Source: an uncultured Tissierella sp. (GTDB lineage Bacteria > Bacillota > Clostridia > Tissierellales > Tissierellaceae). Taken from it: a DNA stretch of 49,930 nucleotides. Below, one piece after another: positions 39,692-48,765 of this stretch (position 1 is the stretch's first letter; each line of letters begins with the position of its first letter). The stretch lies in NCBI GenBank assembly GCA_964590735.1, contig CAZPZN010000002.1, positions 1 to 49,930 on the forward strand, read 5' to 3'. The position numbers and the translations under genes were made by a program. The notes beneath the pieces were generated by a model, which worked only from the letters and a program-made list of their open reading frames with translations, ran no database searches and was not told the DNA's origin.

Positions 39692-40912
39692 ATGTTTAAT
39701 TGGTTTAAGAAAAAGAAAAAAAATATTGAAGAAGTATTCGAACAAGATGATAAAGTAGATGATTTTCTAGAAACTGGAGAAGATGAACCCCTATCAGATG
39801 AAGATTTAAACGAAGGAATAGAAGAGATATCTTTAGAAGAACTAGAAAAAGAAGCAATGGCATATGACGCTGAAGAAGAAATCGAAAAATTAGAAGAAAG
39901 CAATGAAGTAGAAGAAGAGCCTGTAACAAAAGTAGAAGAATCAGTGGAAGTTATAGTAGAAGATATCGTAGAAGTAGTTGAAGAGCCTCTAGTTAAGCTA
40001 AGTTTTTTTGAGAAATTAAAGAGTGGCCTTACTAAGACTAGAACAGATATGTCAAATAAGATAGAAGGTATATTAAATTCATACAAAAAGGTTGATGAAG
40101 AATTATTTGATGATTTAGAGGAAGTTCTTATAACAGCTGATGTAGGTATGAATACTACTATGGAGGTTATAGATAGATTAAAGGCAAGAGTAAAGGCAGA
40201 TAAGGTAAATGATCCTCAAGAGGTAAAAGAGCTTTTAAAAGATGAGATTAGAATTCTTATGAAGGAAAGCGTGGAGGATAATAGTTTAAGTTTAGAACCA
40301 TATCCTGCAGTCTTACTTGTAGTTGGTGTAAATGGAGTTGGTAAAACTACAACTATAGGTAAACTTTCCAACTCTTTAAGACAAGATGGAAAAAAAGTCC
40401 TAATTGCAGCAGGGGATACTTTTAGGGCTGCTGCAATAGAACAGCTAGAGGAATGGAGCAAGAGAAGCAAGGTTGAATTCATTGCTCATACAGAAGGAGC
40501 TGATCCAGCAGCAGTAATCTTCGATGGTATTCAGGCAGCAAAGGCTAGAAAGACTGACGTCTTAATATGCGATACTGCTGGAAGACTTCATAATAAATCA
40601 AATCTTATGAATGAATTAAATAAGATATTTAGAGTTGTAGAAAGGGAATATCCAGAAGCCACTAAAGAAGTTCTTCTAGTACTTGATGCAACAACTGGCC
40701 AAAACGCCATTAATCAAGCTAAGGTATTCAAGGAAGTTGCAAATATTTCTGGAGTAGCACTGACTAAGCTTGATGGAACTGCAAAGGGTGGGGTAATTAT
40801 TGCACTCCAGGCTGAATTGAACCTACCTGTAAAACTAGTTGGAGTCGGCGAAAAAATAGATGATTTACAGCCTTTTAATGTAGATGATTTTGTGGAAGCA
40901 ATTTTTAATTAA
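39692..40912 (+). CDS. ftsY: SRP receptor FtsY with acidic N-terminal extension
   Basis: GVNGVGKTTT, DTFRAAA, DTAGR, DATTGQN and TKLDGTAKGG. Confidence 0.96.
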   Translation: MFNWFKKKKKNIEEVFEQDDKVDDFLETGEDEPLSDEDLNEGIEEISLEELEKEAMAYDAEEEIEKLEESNEVEEEPVTKVEESVEVIVEDIVEVVEEPLVKLSFFEKLKSGLTKTRTDMSNKIEGILNSYKKVDEELFDDLEEVLITADVGMNTTMEVIDRLKARVKADKVNDPQEVKELLKDEIRILMKESVEDNSLSLEPYPAVLLVVGVNGVGKTTTIGKLSNSLRQDGKKVLIAAGDTFRAAAIEQLEEWSKRSKVEFIAHTEGADPAAVIFDGIQAAKARKTDVLICDTAGRLHNKSNLMNELNKIFRVVEREYPEATKEVLLVLDATTGQNAINQAKVFKEVANISGVALTKLDGTAKGGVIIALQAELNLPVKLVGVGEKIDDLQPFNVDDFVEAIFN

Positions 40913-40915
40913 TTG

Positions 40916-40975
40916 TTGACAAAGAAGTATATATGTATTAATATAAATAGTGTCAAGTTAATAGCTTGACACTAT
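40916..40975 (+). promoter_or_regulatory. ylxM-ffh promoter plus a perfect inverted repeat
   Basis: TTGACA-17-TAATAT (40916-40944), then ATAGTGTCAAG-N7-CTTGACACTAT (40947-40975). Confidence 0.65.
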
Positions 40976-40993
40976 AATATTTATGGTGATAAA

Positions 40994-41353
40994 ATGATTA
41001 AGATAGTTGAGATTGGGATGTTGTTTGATTTCTATGGTAAGTTATTAAGTGAAAAACAATATCAGGTAGTTGAATTATATTATATTCACGATCTATCCCT
41101 TACAGAAATCGGAGAAGAACTGAGTATCACCAGACAAGGAGTATTTGATACTCTAAAAAGATCTGAACAAAAGCTATACCATTATGAAGAAATTCTAGGA
41201 CTTGTTGAGAAATTCAATAATAGCCATGATACAATAAGAGAAATCCTAAAGATTACTAAAGAGCTTCAAGCTTACGGACTGGAAAATAACATAAATCCTA
41301 TAATGGATAAGGCTCGTAAAATTGAGGAAATTGGATTAGAAATATTGGAATAG
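40994..41353 (+). CDS. ylxM: YlxM (UPF0122) HTH protein, SRP-associated
   Basis: LFDFYGKLLSEKQ, DLSLTEIGE and ITRQGVFD. Upstream of ffh. Confidence 0.92.
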   Translation: MIKIVEIGMLFDFYGKLLSEKQYQVVELYYIHDLSLTEIGEELSITRQGVFDTLKRSEQKLYHYEEILGLVEKFNNSHDTIREILKITKELQAYGLENNINPIMDKARKIEEIGLEILE

Positions 41354-41368
41354 GCAGGAGGATGTAAT

Positions 41369-42709
41369 ATGGTTTTTGAAAGCTTGTCAGAAAAGCTTCA
41401 AAGTGCCTTAGGTAAATTAAAAGGCAAGGGTAAGATATCCGAAAAGGATCTTGACCTAGCTATGAGAGAAGTAAGGCTGGCATTATTGGAAGCTGATGTT
41501 AACTTTAAAGTAGTAAAGGATTTTGTTAAAACCGTTAAGGAAAGAGCTCTTGGCTCTGAGGTTATGGAAAGTCTAACCCCAGGTCAACAGGTCATTAAAA
41601 TAGTAAATGATGAATTGACAAGGCTTATGGGTGAAAAAGAATCGAAGATAAACTTCGCATCATCACCACCTACAGTGATACTTATGTGTGGACTTCAAGG
41701 TGCTGGTAAAACTACTACTACAGGTAAGCTTGCTTTTAACCTTAAGAAACAAAATAAGAGGCCATTGCTGGTTGCATGTGATGTCTATAGACCTGCTGCC
41801 ATTAAGCAATTGGAAGTTGTGGGTGAGCGAGTAGGTGTCCCGGTTTTCTCAATGGGTGACAAGATAAACCCGGTAGATATTGCAAAAGCAGCCCTAGAGC
41901 ATGGAAAGAAGCATGGAAATGATGTAATTATTGTGGATACAGCAGGAAGACTTCATATAGATGAAACTTTGATGGACGAGATAAAGAACATTCATGATGC
42001 TGTTAATCCAAAGGAAGTACTACTGGTTCTAGATGCTATGACAGGTCAGGATGCTGTAAATGTAGCTCAATCCTTCAATGAAAAACTAAGTATCACTGGT
42101 GTTATACTTACCAAGCTAGATGGGGATGCTAGAGGTGGAGCTGCATTATCCATAAGGGCAGTTACAGACAAACCTATAAAATTTGTAGGTATGGGTGAAA
42201 AACTAGACCAATTAGAACCTTTTTATCCAGATAGGATGTCATCGAGAATTCTTGGTATGGGAGATGTTCTTAGTTTAATAGAAAGAGCGCAATCATCCAT
42301 AGATGAGAAGAAGGCTTTAGAATTAGAGAAGAAGATTAGGACTGCTCAGTTTACCTTTGATGATTTTTTAGATCAATTAGAGCAGATGAAAAACATGGGT
42401 CCTTTAGATCAAATATTAGGTATGATACCAGGTATGAACAGCAAGGCCCTAAAGGGTTTGGATGTAGACAATAGAGAATTAGCTAGGATTGAAGCTGTTA
42501 TCAAATCTATGACTAAAAAGGAAAGAGAAAATCCAGATATCATCGATAGTAGTAGAAGGAAGAGAATTGCATTAGGTAGTGGTACCAATGTCCAAGAAGT
42601 AAACAAACTTTTGAAGCAGTTTAAAGAAACAAAGAAGATGATGAAAAAGTTTACTGATATGGAAAAGACCATGAAGAAAAAAGGAAAAGCAGGATTTCCC
42701 TTTATGTAG
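41369..42709 (+). CDS. ffh: Signal recognition particle protein
   Basis: ALLEADV, GLQGAGKTT, DTAGR, TKLDGDARGGAALS, RILGMGD and M-domain SRRKRIALGSG. Confidence 0.97.
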   Translation: MVFESLSEKLQSALGKLKGKGKISEKDLDLAMREVRLALLEADVNFKVVKDFVKTVKERALGSEVMESLTPGQQVIKIVNDELTRLMGEKESKINFASSPPTVILMCGLQGAGKTTTTGKLAFNLKKQNKRPLLVACDVYRPAAIKQLEVVGERVGVPVFSMGDKINPVDIAKAALEHGKKHGNDVIIVDTAGRLHIDETLMDEIKNIHDAVNPKEVLLVLDAMTGQDAVNVAQSFNEKLSITGVILTKLDGDARGGAALSIRAVTDKPIKFVGMGEKLDQLEPFYPDRMSSRILGMGDVLSLIERAQSSIDEKKALELEKKIRTAQFTFDDFLDQLEQMKNMGPLDQILGMIPGMNSKALKGLDVDNRELARIEAVIKSMTKKERENPDIIDSSRRKRIALGSGTNVQEVNKLLKQFKETKKMMKKFTDMEKTMKKKGKAGFPFM

Positions 42710-42710
42710 C

Positions 42711-42798
42711 TAGGAATAGGAGGGTTCTACTTTAAGAACTTTTCATCAATGACTAAGAAGAAAAGTGACTTCTAAGTTTTTTTAGAAGCTTTTCTAAT
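42711..42798 (+). repeat. Intergenic repeat family 2, copy H, between ffh and rpsP
   Basis: TAGGAATAGGAGGGTTCTACTTT...CATCAATGACTAAGAAGAAAAGTGACTTCTAAG...TTTAGAAGCTTTTCTAAT. The 3' 56 nt are about 75% identical to copy F by hand alignment. Confidence 0.7.
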
Positions 42799-42826
42799 AG
42801 ATATTAAATTTTAGGAGGTGACATAG

Positions 42827-43096
42827 ATGGCAGTTAAAATTAGATTAAAAAGAATAGGTGCTAAGAAAAATCCTTTTTATAGAATAGTTGTATCCGATTC
42901 ACGTTCTCCAAGAGATGGAAGATTCATCGAGGAAATAGGAACTTACAACCCACTAACTGAACCAAAAACAGTTAAGGTTGATAATGAAAAAGCTCTTAAT
43001 TGGATTAAAAATGGTGCAAAACCAACTGAAACTGTTGAAAGACTTTTCAAGGAAAATGGATTATTTGATAAAGCTGAGACTACTACTGAAGAATAA
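42827..43096 (+). CDS. rpsP: 30S ribosomal protein S16
   Basis: [35 protein letters not shown]. Confidence 0.97.
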   Translation: MAVKIRLKRIGAKKNPFYRIVVSDSRSPRDGRFIEEIGTYNPLTEPKTVKVDNEKALNWIKNGAKPTETVERLFKENGLFDKAETTTEE

Positions 43097-43157
43097 CGAG
43101 ACAAAGACCTCGTTTAAGCTGCAGGCAAAATGCTTGCAAGCAGATTCTAGGAAGCTT
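43094..43157 (+). repeat. Intergenic repeat family 1, copy D (minimal); its first TAA is the rpsP stop
   Basis: TAACGAG-acaaagac-CTCGTT hairpin joins the two outer-stem ends of copy A, followed by the TGCAAGCAGATTC...AAGCTT tail. Confidence 0.65.
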
Positions 43158-43179
43158 AAATTCAATGGAGGTATGTACT

Positions 43180-43410
43180 ATGGGAGAATTAGTGGAGTTT
43201 ATTGCAAAAGCTCTTGTAGATTATCCTGATCAAGTAAGCGTAAATGAAGTTGAAGGTTCCCAGTCAGTAATAATAGAGCTTAAAGTGGCTCAAGAGGATA
43301 TGGGAAAGATTATAGGTAAACAGGGTAGGATCGCAAAAGCAATTAGAACTGTTGTAAAAGCAGCAGCTATCAAGGACAATAAAAGGGTTGTAGTCGAAAT
43401 TATTCAATAG
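43180..43410 (+). CDS. khpA: KH-domain RNA-binding protein KhpA (YlqC)
   Basis: DMGKIIGKQGRIAKAIRTVV. GGAGGT RBS precedes ATG 43180. Confidence 0.92.
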   Translation: MGELVEFIAKALVDYPDQVSVNEVEGSQSVIIELKVAQEDMGKIIGKQGRIAKAIRTVVKAAAIKDNKRVVVEIIQ

Positions 43411-43427
43411 ACTAATAAGGTGAGAAG

Positions 43428-43931
43428 ATGGATTATACTATAATAGGTAAATTTGTTAGTACCCATGGAATAAAGGGACAAATAAACATATATCCCTTAA
43501 CCAGTAATATTGATAGATTTAAATATTTAAAAAGTGCATACCTTGGAGAAGCTAAGAATCCTGTTAATATCAAGGAGGCTAAATTTCATAAAGGTATGGT
43601 AATACTGAAATTCAAGGAATACGACGATATAAATGATATCCTTAAATACAAGGATCAATATCTTTATGTTGATGAAGAAAATAAAATCGTATTAGAAGAA
43701 AACCATTTTTTCATCTCAGATTTAATTGGATGTAAAGTATATGATATGAAAAATGCCTATATAGGCGATATAGTTGATGTTTTACAAGGCTATAGTAATG
43801 ATGTTTATGTTATTAAGGATAAGGCTCTTAATAAGGAATATCTGGTTCCAGCGGTTAAGGCCTTTATAAAAGAGGTAAATATAGAGGATAAGATTATATC
43901 CATTGACCCTCTTGAAGGAATGATTGAATGA
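43428..43931 (+). CDS. rimM: 16S rRNA processing protein RimM
   Basis: IGKFVSTHGIKG, DLIGCKV, NDVYVI and YLVPAV. Confidence 0.93.
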   Translation: MDYTIIGKFVSTHGIKGQINIYPLTSNIDRFKYLKSAYLGEAKNPVNIKEAKFHKGMVILKFKEYDDINDILKYKDQYLYVDEENKIVLEENHFFISDLIGCKVYDMKNAYIGDIVDVLQGYSNDVYVIKDKALNKEYLVPAVKAFIKEVNIEDKIISIDPLEGMIE

Positions 43932-44620
43932 AGATAGACATCTTAACTCTATTTCCTGAGTTTTTCCAGAATCTTAAGCAATATAGCATTGTTGGTAGAG
44001 CTATTGAAGAAGACAAAATAAGTATTGATACCACAAATATAAGGGATTTTTCAAAAAATAAGCATAAAAAAGTTGATGATTACCCATTTGGTGGTGGACC
44101 TGGTATGGTAATGAAGCCAGAACCCATCTATGATGCAATAAATTCTTTGAAGAAAGATAATTCTAGAATTATCTATCTTTCACCCCAAGGTAAGGTATTA
44201 AATCAAAACATAGCTAATTTATTAGCTAAAGAAGAACATTTAATCCTACTATGTGGTCATTATGAAGGGATAGATAATAGGATTATTGATAACTTCGTAG
44301 ATGAAGAGATATCCATAGGTGACTATGTTTTAACAGGTGGAGAAATTCCAGCAATGGTACTTATAGATTGTATCTCTCGATTAATACCTGGTGTATTGTC
44401 TAGCGAGGCTTCTTTTATGGAGGAATCGCACTATGATGGTTTACTAGAGCATCCTCAATATACAAGGCCACGAGAATTTATGGGTATTGAAGTGCCAGAT
44501 ATATTACTAAGTGGGAACCATGAAAAGATCCATAGCTGGAGAAAAGAGCAAGCATTAAAGGTAACAAAAGCTAAGCGTCCTGACTTGTTGGAAATCGATG
44601 AGAAGGGCTTAAATAAGTAA
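43928..44620 (+). CDS. trmD: tRNA (guanine-37-N1)-methyltransferase
   Basis: LTLFPE, VDDYPFGGGPGMVM, CGHYEGIDNR, SIGDYVLTGGE and SGNH. Confidence 0.97.
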   Translation: MKIDILTLFPEFFQNLKQYSIVGRAIEEDKISIDTTNIRDFSKNKHKKVDDYPFGGGPGMVMKPEPIYDAINSLKKDNSRIIYLSPQGKVLNQNIANLLAKEEHLILLCGHYEGIDNRIIDNFVDEEISIGDYVLTGGEIPAMVLIDCISRLIPGVLSSEASFMEESHYDGLLEHPQYTRPREFMGIEVPDILLSGNHEKIHSWRKEQALKVTKAKRPDLLEIDEKGLNK

Positions 44621-44649
44621 TTGTAAATGCAAATTTATTGTGCTATAAT
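44621..44649 (+). promoter_or_regulatory. Sigma-A promoter for rplS
   Basis: TTGTAA-17 nt-TATAAT with extended TG. Confidence 0.7.
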
Positions 44650-44663
44650 ACGTAAGTATGTAA

Positions 44664-44700
44664 TAAGGGCGGTCCTCTGCTAAGTGCCAAGAACGTCTAG
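44664..44700 (+). ncRNA. L19 ribosomal protein leader
   Basis: GGGCGGTCCTCTG...AAGAACGTCT stem-loop resembling the Firmicute L19 leader, located between the promoter and the rplS RBS. Confidence 0.75.
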
Positions 44701-44718
44701 AGAAGGGAGGAAAAACTA

Positions 44719-45066
44719 ATGGATATTATTAAAATGATCGAAGATGAACAATTAAGGGATGATATGCCTGCTTTTAACGTAGGAGATACTGTTCAAGTTC
44801 ACTACAAAGTAGTTGAAGGAACTCGTGAGAGAATTCAGGTTTATGAAGGAACAGTTATAAAGATTCAAGGTGGTGGAGCTAGAAAGACTTTCACTGTAAG
44901 AAGATTATCATATGGTGTAGGTGTAGAAAGAACATTCCCTATTCATTCCCCAAGAATAGAAAAACTTGTTGTAACTAGAAAGGGTAAAGTTAGAAGAGCT
45001 AAGCTATACTACTTAAGAGACAGACAAGGTAAAGCTGCAAAAGTTAAAGAGAGAAGATTTTATTAA
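44719..45066 (+). CDS. rplS: 50S ribosomal protein L19
   Basis: [28 protein letters not shown] and [12 protein letters not shown]. Confidence 0.97.
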   Translation: MDIIKMIEDEQLRDDMPAFNVGDTVQVHYKVVEGTRERIQVYEGTVIKIQGGGARKTFTVRRLSYGVGVERTFPIHSPRIEKLVVTRKGKVRRAKLYYLRDRQGKAAKVKERRFY

Positions 45067-45090
45067 TGGGACTGAAAAGTCCCATTTTTT
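45065..45090 (+). terminator. Intrinsic terminator after rplS
   Basis: AATGGGACT-GAAA-AGTCCCATT followed by TTTT. Confidence 0.9.
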
Positions 45091-45152
45091 AATGACCTAA
45101 GCCCTATTGTTAAGTATTTTTCTAAAAATGGGTACAATAACTAGTAGGTTAG

Positions 45153-45317
45153 ATGCAGTCAAGCCAAATCTGTAGGAAGTTGACTTGACCCAACGAACGT
45201 AGTGAGTTGTTGGTAAGTCATCGCAAGTGATGCCAAATCTATGTGACTGAAAGGAACTATAGATTTGATGCATTATACTGCGGTGTAGCAGTCTACAGAT
45301 TTCAGCTAAGACTGTAT
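45153..45317. other. Unassigned four-helix structured element (RNA or ssDNA) upstream of rbgA
   Basis: Closing stems ATGCAGTC/GACTGTAT and AAATCTGTAG/CTACAGATTT enclose three hairpins at 45181-45220, 45227-45276 and 45277-45292. Confidence 0.75.
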
Positions 45318-45335
45318 AATTAAGGCGGTGATTAA

Positions 45336-46193
45336 ATGAGTATGAATATAAACTGGTATCCAGGTCATATGAAGAAGACAAGAGAATCCATAGAAAAAAA
45401 CTTATCCTTAGTTGATGTGGTTTTTGAGCTTATAGATGCTAGAATTCCATATAGCAGTCAAAATCCTATTATAGATGGCATAGTTGGAAATAAACCAAGG
45501 CTTATAATATTAAACAAATCGGATTTAGCGGATACAAATGCAAATAAATTATGGCAAGAATACTATAATAATAAGGGTATACCATCCATATTATTTGATT
45601 CCTTAAGTGGTAAAGGAGTTGATAAGCTTCTTAGTCTTGCGAATGAAGTTACCTTAGAAAAAAGGCAATCCTATGAAAAAAGAGGAGTCCTTAGTAGACC
45701 AATTAGAGCCATGATTATAGGGGTCCCAAACGTAGGCAAATCGACCTTAATAAATACATTGTCTGGTAGAAAAGGAGCTAAAACGGGAAATCGTCCTGGC
45801 ATTACTAGAACAAATCAGTGGATAAAGATAAGGGGTATTTTGGAGTTACTGGATACTCCAGGTATACTATGGCCCAAGTTTGAAGAGGAAATCGTAGGAC
45901 TTAATCTTGCATTTACAGGGGCTATAAAGGATGAGATACTAGATAGGGAAACACTAGCCTTAAAATTAATAGAAGTTCTATTGAAAAATTCTGGAAACTT
46001 ATTAATTAAGAGATATAATATAGATATTAATGAAAAATTGCCTTTAGAGGTTATGGAAGCCATAGGAGAAAGGCGTGGGTGTATTCTTCGTGGTGGAGAA
46101 ATAGATTATACCAAGATCAGTAATATAATATTAGATGAATTTAGAAAAGGTATTATAGGAAATATTAGCTTGGAATTACCAGAGGATAGGTGA
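45336..46193 (+). CDS. rbgA: Ribosome biogenesis GTPase RbgA (YlqF)
   Basis: INWYPGHMKK, DARIP, NKSDL, GVPNVGKSTLIN and LLDTPGILWPKF. Start at 45336 or 45342. Confidence 0.95.
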   Translation: MSMNINWYPGHMKKTRESIEKNLSLVDVVFELIDARIPYSSQNPIIDGIVGNKPRLIILNKSDLADTNANKLWQEYYNNKGIPSILFDSLSGKGVDKLLSLANEVTLEKRQSYEKRGVLSRPIRAMIIGVPNVGKSTLINTLSGRKGAKTGNRPGITRTNQWIKIRGILELLDTPGILWPKFEEEIVGLNLAFTGAIKDEILDRETLALKLIEVLLKNSGNLLIKRYNIDINEKLPLEVMEAIGERRGCILRGGEIDYTKISNIILDEFRKGIIGNISLELPEDR

Positions 46194-46197
46194 TAAT

Positions 46198-46824
46198 ATG
46201 CTGCAATTAGAGAGCGAACTTCATAATAATGGTTATAAAAATATAGCTTGTATAGATGAAGTTGGCAGAGGATGTCTTTTTGGTGATGTAGTTGCTTGTT
46301 CAATAATTATGCCAGAAGGTCTTTCCATAGTTGGAGTTAAGGATTCAAAGAAGCTAAGTGAAAAGAAAAGAGAAAGTTTATTTGAAATAATATTAGAAAA
46401 TTGTATTGGATATGGAATAGGAAGAGTCAACCCATCTATAATAGATAAGATAAATATTAAAGAGGCTGCAAGGTTGGCTATGAAACAATCTATAGAAAAT
46501 TTAAAAGATAAGAATGGAAATAAATTGATAGCAGATTATCTATTAATCGATGCAGAAAAAGTATATTTAGATATCCCACAAGAGGGTATAATTAAGGGTG
46601 ATGACAGGTCACATGGTATTGCATGTGCATCTATCGTTGCTAAGGTAATTAGGGACAGGCTATGTATAGAATGGGGAAGGCAATTCCCAGGATATAGTAT
46701 TGAGAGACACAAGGGATATGGAACAAAGGCTCACTATGAAGCCATAGACGAGCTTGGAATAACCGAGTTTCACAGGAATACGTTTTTAAAAAAATACTTT
46801 GGTGGTAAGAAATATGGTAAGTAA
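46198..46824 (+). CDS. rnhB: Ribonuclease HII
   Basis: IDEVGRGCLFG, DSKKLS, LIDA, IIKGD, ASIVAKVIRD and HKGYGT. Confidence 0.95.
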   Translation: MLQLESELHNNGYKNIACIDEVGRGCLFGDVVACSIIMPEGLSIVGVKDSKKLSEKKRESLFEIILENCIGYGIGRVNPSIIDKINIKEAARLAMKQSIENLKDKNGNKLIADYLLIDAEKVYLDIPQEGIIKGDDRSHGIACASIVAKVIRDRLCIEWGRQFPGYSIERHKGYGTKAHYEAIDELGITEFHRNTFLKKYFGGKKYGK

Positions 46825-47170
46825 TGTTGTTAAAGGAAGAACTGGTGAAGAGCTAGTTCGAGATTACTTGCACTCAAAGGGATATTCTATATTAGAAAAT
46901 AACTATAGAAACAAAATTGGTGAAATAGATATAATCGCTATGGACAAGGATATATTGGTTTTTATAGAGGTAAAAACTAGAACTTCCACTTCTTATGGCT
47001 ATGCCTTTGAAGCCGTAGATGCAAGGAAACAGAAGAAGATTGTCTATAGCTCAATGGTTTATGTTAAATATAAGAATTTAGGAAATTTACAGCTTAGATA
47101 CGACATTATAGAAGTTTATTTTCAGAAGGATATTAAAATCAACCATTTAATTAATGCTTTTTGTATTTAA
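46814..47170 (+). CDS. yraN: YraN-family (UPF0102) PD-(D/E)XK nuclease
   Basis: GEE, NYRNKIGEIDII, FIEVKTR and RYDII. Confidence 0.9.
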   Translation: MVSNVVKGRTGEELVRDYLHSKGYSILENNYRNKIGEIDIIAMDKDILVFIEVKTRTSTSYGYAFEAVDARKQKKIVYSSMVYVKYKNLGNLQLRYDIIEVYFQKDIKINHLINAFCI

Positions 47171-47231
47171 ATAGAGTAAATCTGTGGATTTTGCTTATTA
47201 CCCAGGCAATTAATTTAATAAGGGGGATATT

Positions 47232-48761
47232 ATGTATTCTAAACTTAAAACTTGCGTATTACAAGGCTTAGAAGGACACGTAGTAGAGGTAGAGGCTGAT
47301 TTATCACGGGGCTTACCTGTATTTAATATAGTTGGCTTGCCTGATATTGCCATTAAGGAATCCAAGGAAAGGGTACGAACAGCAATTAAGAACAGTGGTT
47401 ATGAATTTCCCTTAAATCGTATAACTATAAATCTGGCTCCTGCTAATTTAAAAAAGGAAGGATCCCAAATGGATTTATCCATTGCCATAGGGATTTTATC
47501 AGCAGATGGTCTAGTGAACCTAAAGAATAGTTCAGAACTGGTTTTTATTGGAGAACTTTCCCTTGATGGAAAAGTAAGTGCTATAGACGGAGCTCTACCT
47601 ATGGTTATTTCTATGCGTGAACATAGTATTAAAAGGTGTATAATTCCCTTTGACAATAGAGAAGAATGTGGAATTATTTCTGATATGGAAATAATACCTG
47701 TAAAAAATCTAAACGAAGTAATTGATTATTTAAATGGTGAATTAATAATAGATTCATATATAAATGAGAATATAGAATTTGAAGAGAATGATTTTAATTT
47801 CTCTATGGATTTTTCAGATATAAAGGGTCAAGAAGGACTCAAGAGAGCACTAGAGGTGGCTGCTGCTGGCAATCACAACTTACTGGTAATTGGACCTCCA
47901 GGCTCAGGGAAGACTATGGCAGCTAGGAGATTACCTACTATACTTCCTAAATTGTCATTCGAAGAGGCAATAGAAGTTACTAAGATATATAGCGTTTCAG
48001 GAATGCTCAATTCAAAAACACTTATTACTGAAAGGCCTTTTAGGTCTCCTCATCATACGTCATCACAGATTTCTATAATTGGTGGTGGAAGAATTCCCAA
48101 ACCTGGAGAAGTTTCTCTAGCTCACAATGGTGTATTATTTCTAGATGAATTACCTGAATTCCCTAAAACTGTATTGGAAGTACTTAGACAGCCCTTGGAA
48201 GATGGAGCTGTTCATATATCAAGAATTAATAGATCTTTATCCTATCCTGCTAAATTTATGTTTGTAGCCAGTATGAATCCATGTCCTTGTGGCTATTATG
48301 GGGATCCTATACATAATTGCACATGCAGCCAGGGAAATATTGATAGATATCTAGGTAAGATAAGTAACCCCCTATTGGATAGAATCGACATACATATAGA
48401 TGTGATGCCAGTTGAATACAAAGACCTTAAGGATGAATCCAAAGTGGAATCATCCAGTTTAATAAGAAAAAGAGTAAAAAGTGCTCGAACAATTCAACTT
48501 GAAAGATATAAAAATGATAATATTTATAACAATTCACAGATGACCAACAAGGATATTAAAAAATATTGTAAATTAAGTAAAAGCAGTGAAAATATTTTAA
48601 AGACGGCATTTTTGAAGTATAAATTTTCTGCAAGAACTCATAATAAATTATTAAAAGTAGCTAGAACGATAGCTGATTTAGACACTAAAGATAATATTGA
48701 AGACAAGCATATTCTAGAAGCGATAAGATATAGAACACTTGATAATAAATATTGGGGGTAA
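47232..48761 (+). CDS. comM: YifB/ComM Mg-chelatase-like AAA+ helicase
   Basis: IVGLPD..IKESKERV, INLAPA, GPPGSGKTM, PFRSPHH, GEVSLAHNGVLFLDE and NPCPCG. Confidence 0.9.
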   Translation: MYSKLKTCVLQGLEGHVVEVEADLSRGLPVFNIVGLPDIAIKESKERVRTAIKNSGYEFPLNRITINLAPANLKKEGSQMDLSIAIGILSADGLVNLKNSSELVFIGELSLDGKVSAIDGALPMVISMREHSIKRCIIPFDNREECGIISDMEIIPVKNLNEVIDYLNGELIIDSYINENIEFEENDFNFSMDFSDIKGQEGLKRALEVAAAGNHNLLVIGPPGSGKTMAARRLPTILPKLSFEEAIEVTKIYSVSGMLNSKTLITERPFRSPHHTSSQISIIGGGRIPKPGEVSLAHNGVLFLDELPEFPKTVLEVLRQPLEDGAVHISRINRSLSYPAKFMFVASMNPCPCGYYGDPIHNCTCSQGNIDRYLGKISNPLLDRIDIHIDVMPVEYKDLKDESKVESSSLIRKRVKSARTIQLERYKNDNIYNNSQMTNKDIKKYCKLSKSSENILKTAFLKYKFSARTHNKLLKVARTIADLDTKDNIEDKHILEAIRYRTLDNKYWG

Positions 48762-48765
48762 TAAA

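Noticed and set aside
20690-43157. Repeats as a CRISPR array or integron attC sites
   Set aside because: Copies are kilobases apart, vary in length and separate core housekeeping genes. No cas or integrase gene is present.
45097-45381. 94-aa minus-strand ORF across the structured element
   Set aside because: No RBS or motif, and it overlaps the rbgA start. The nested complementarity is better explained by nucleic-acid structure.
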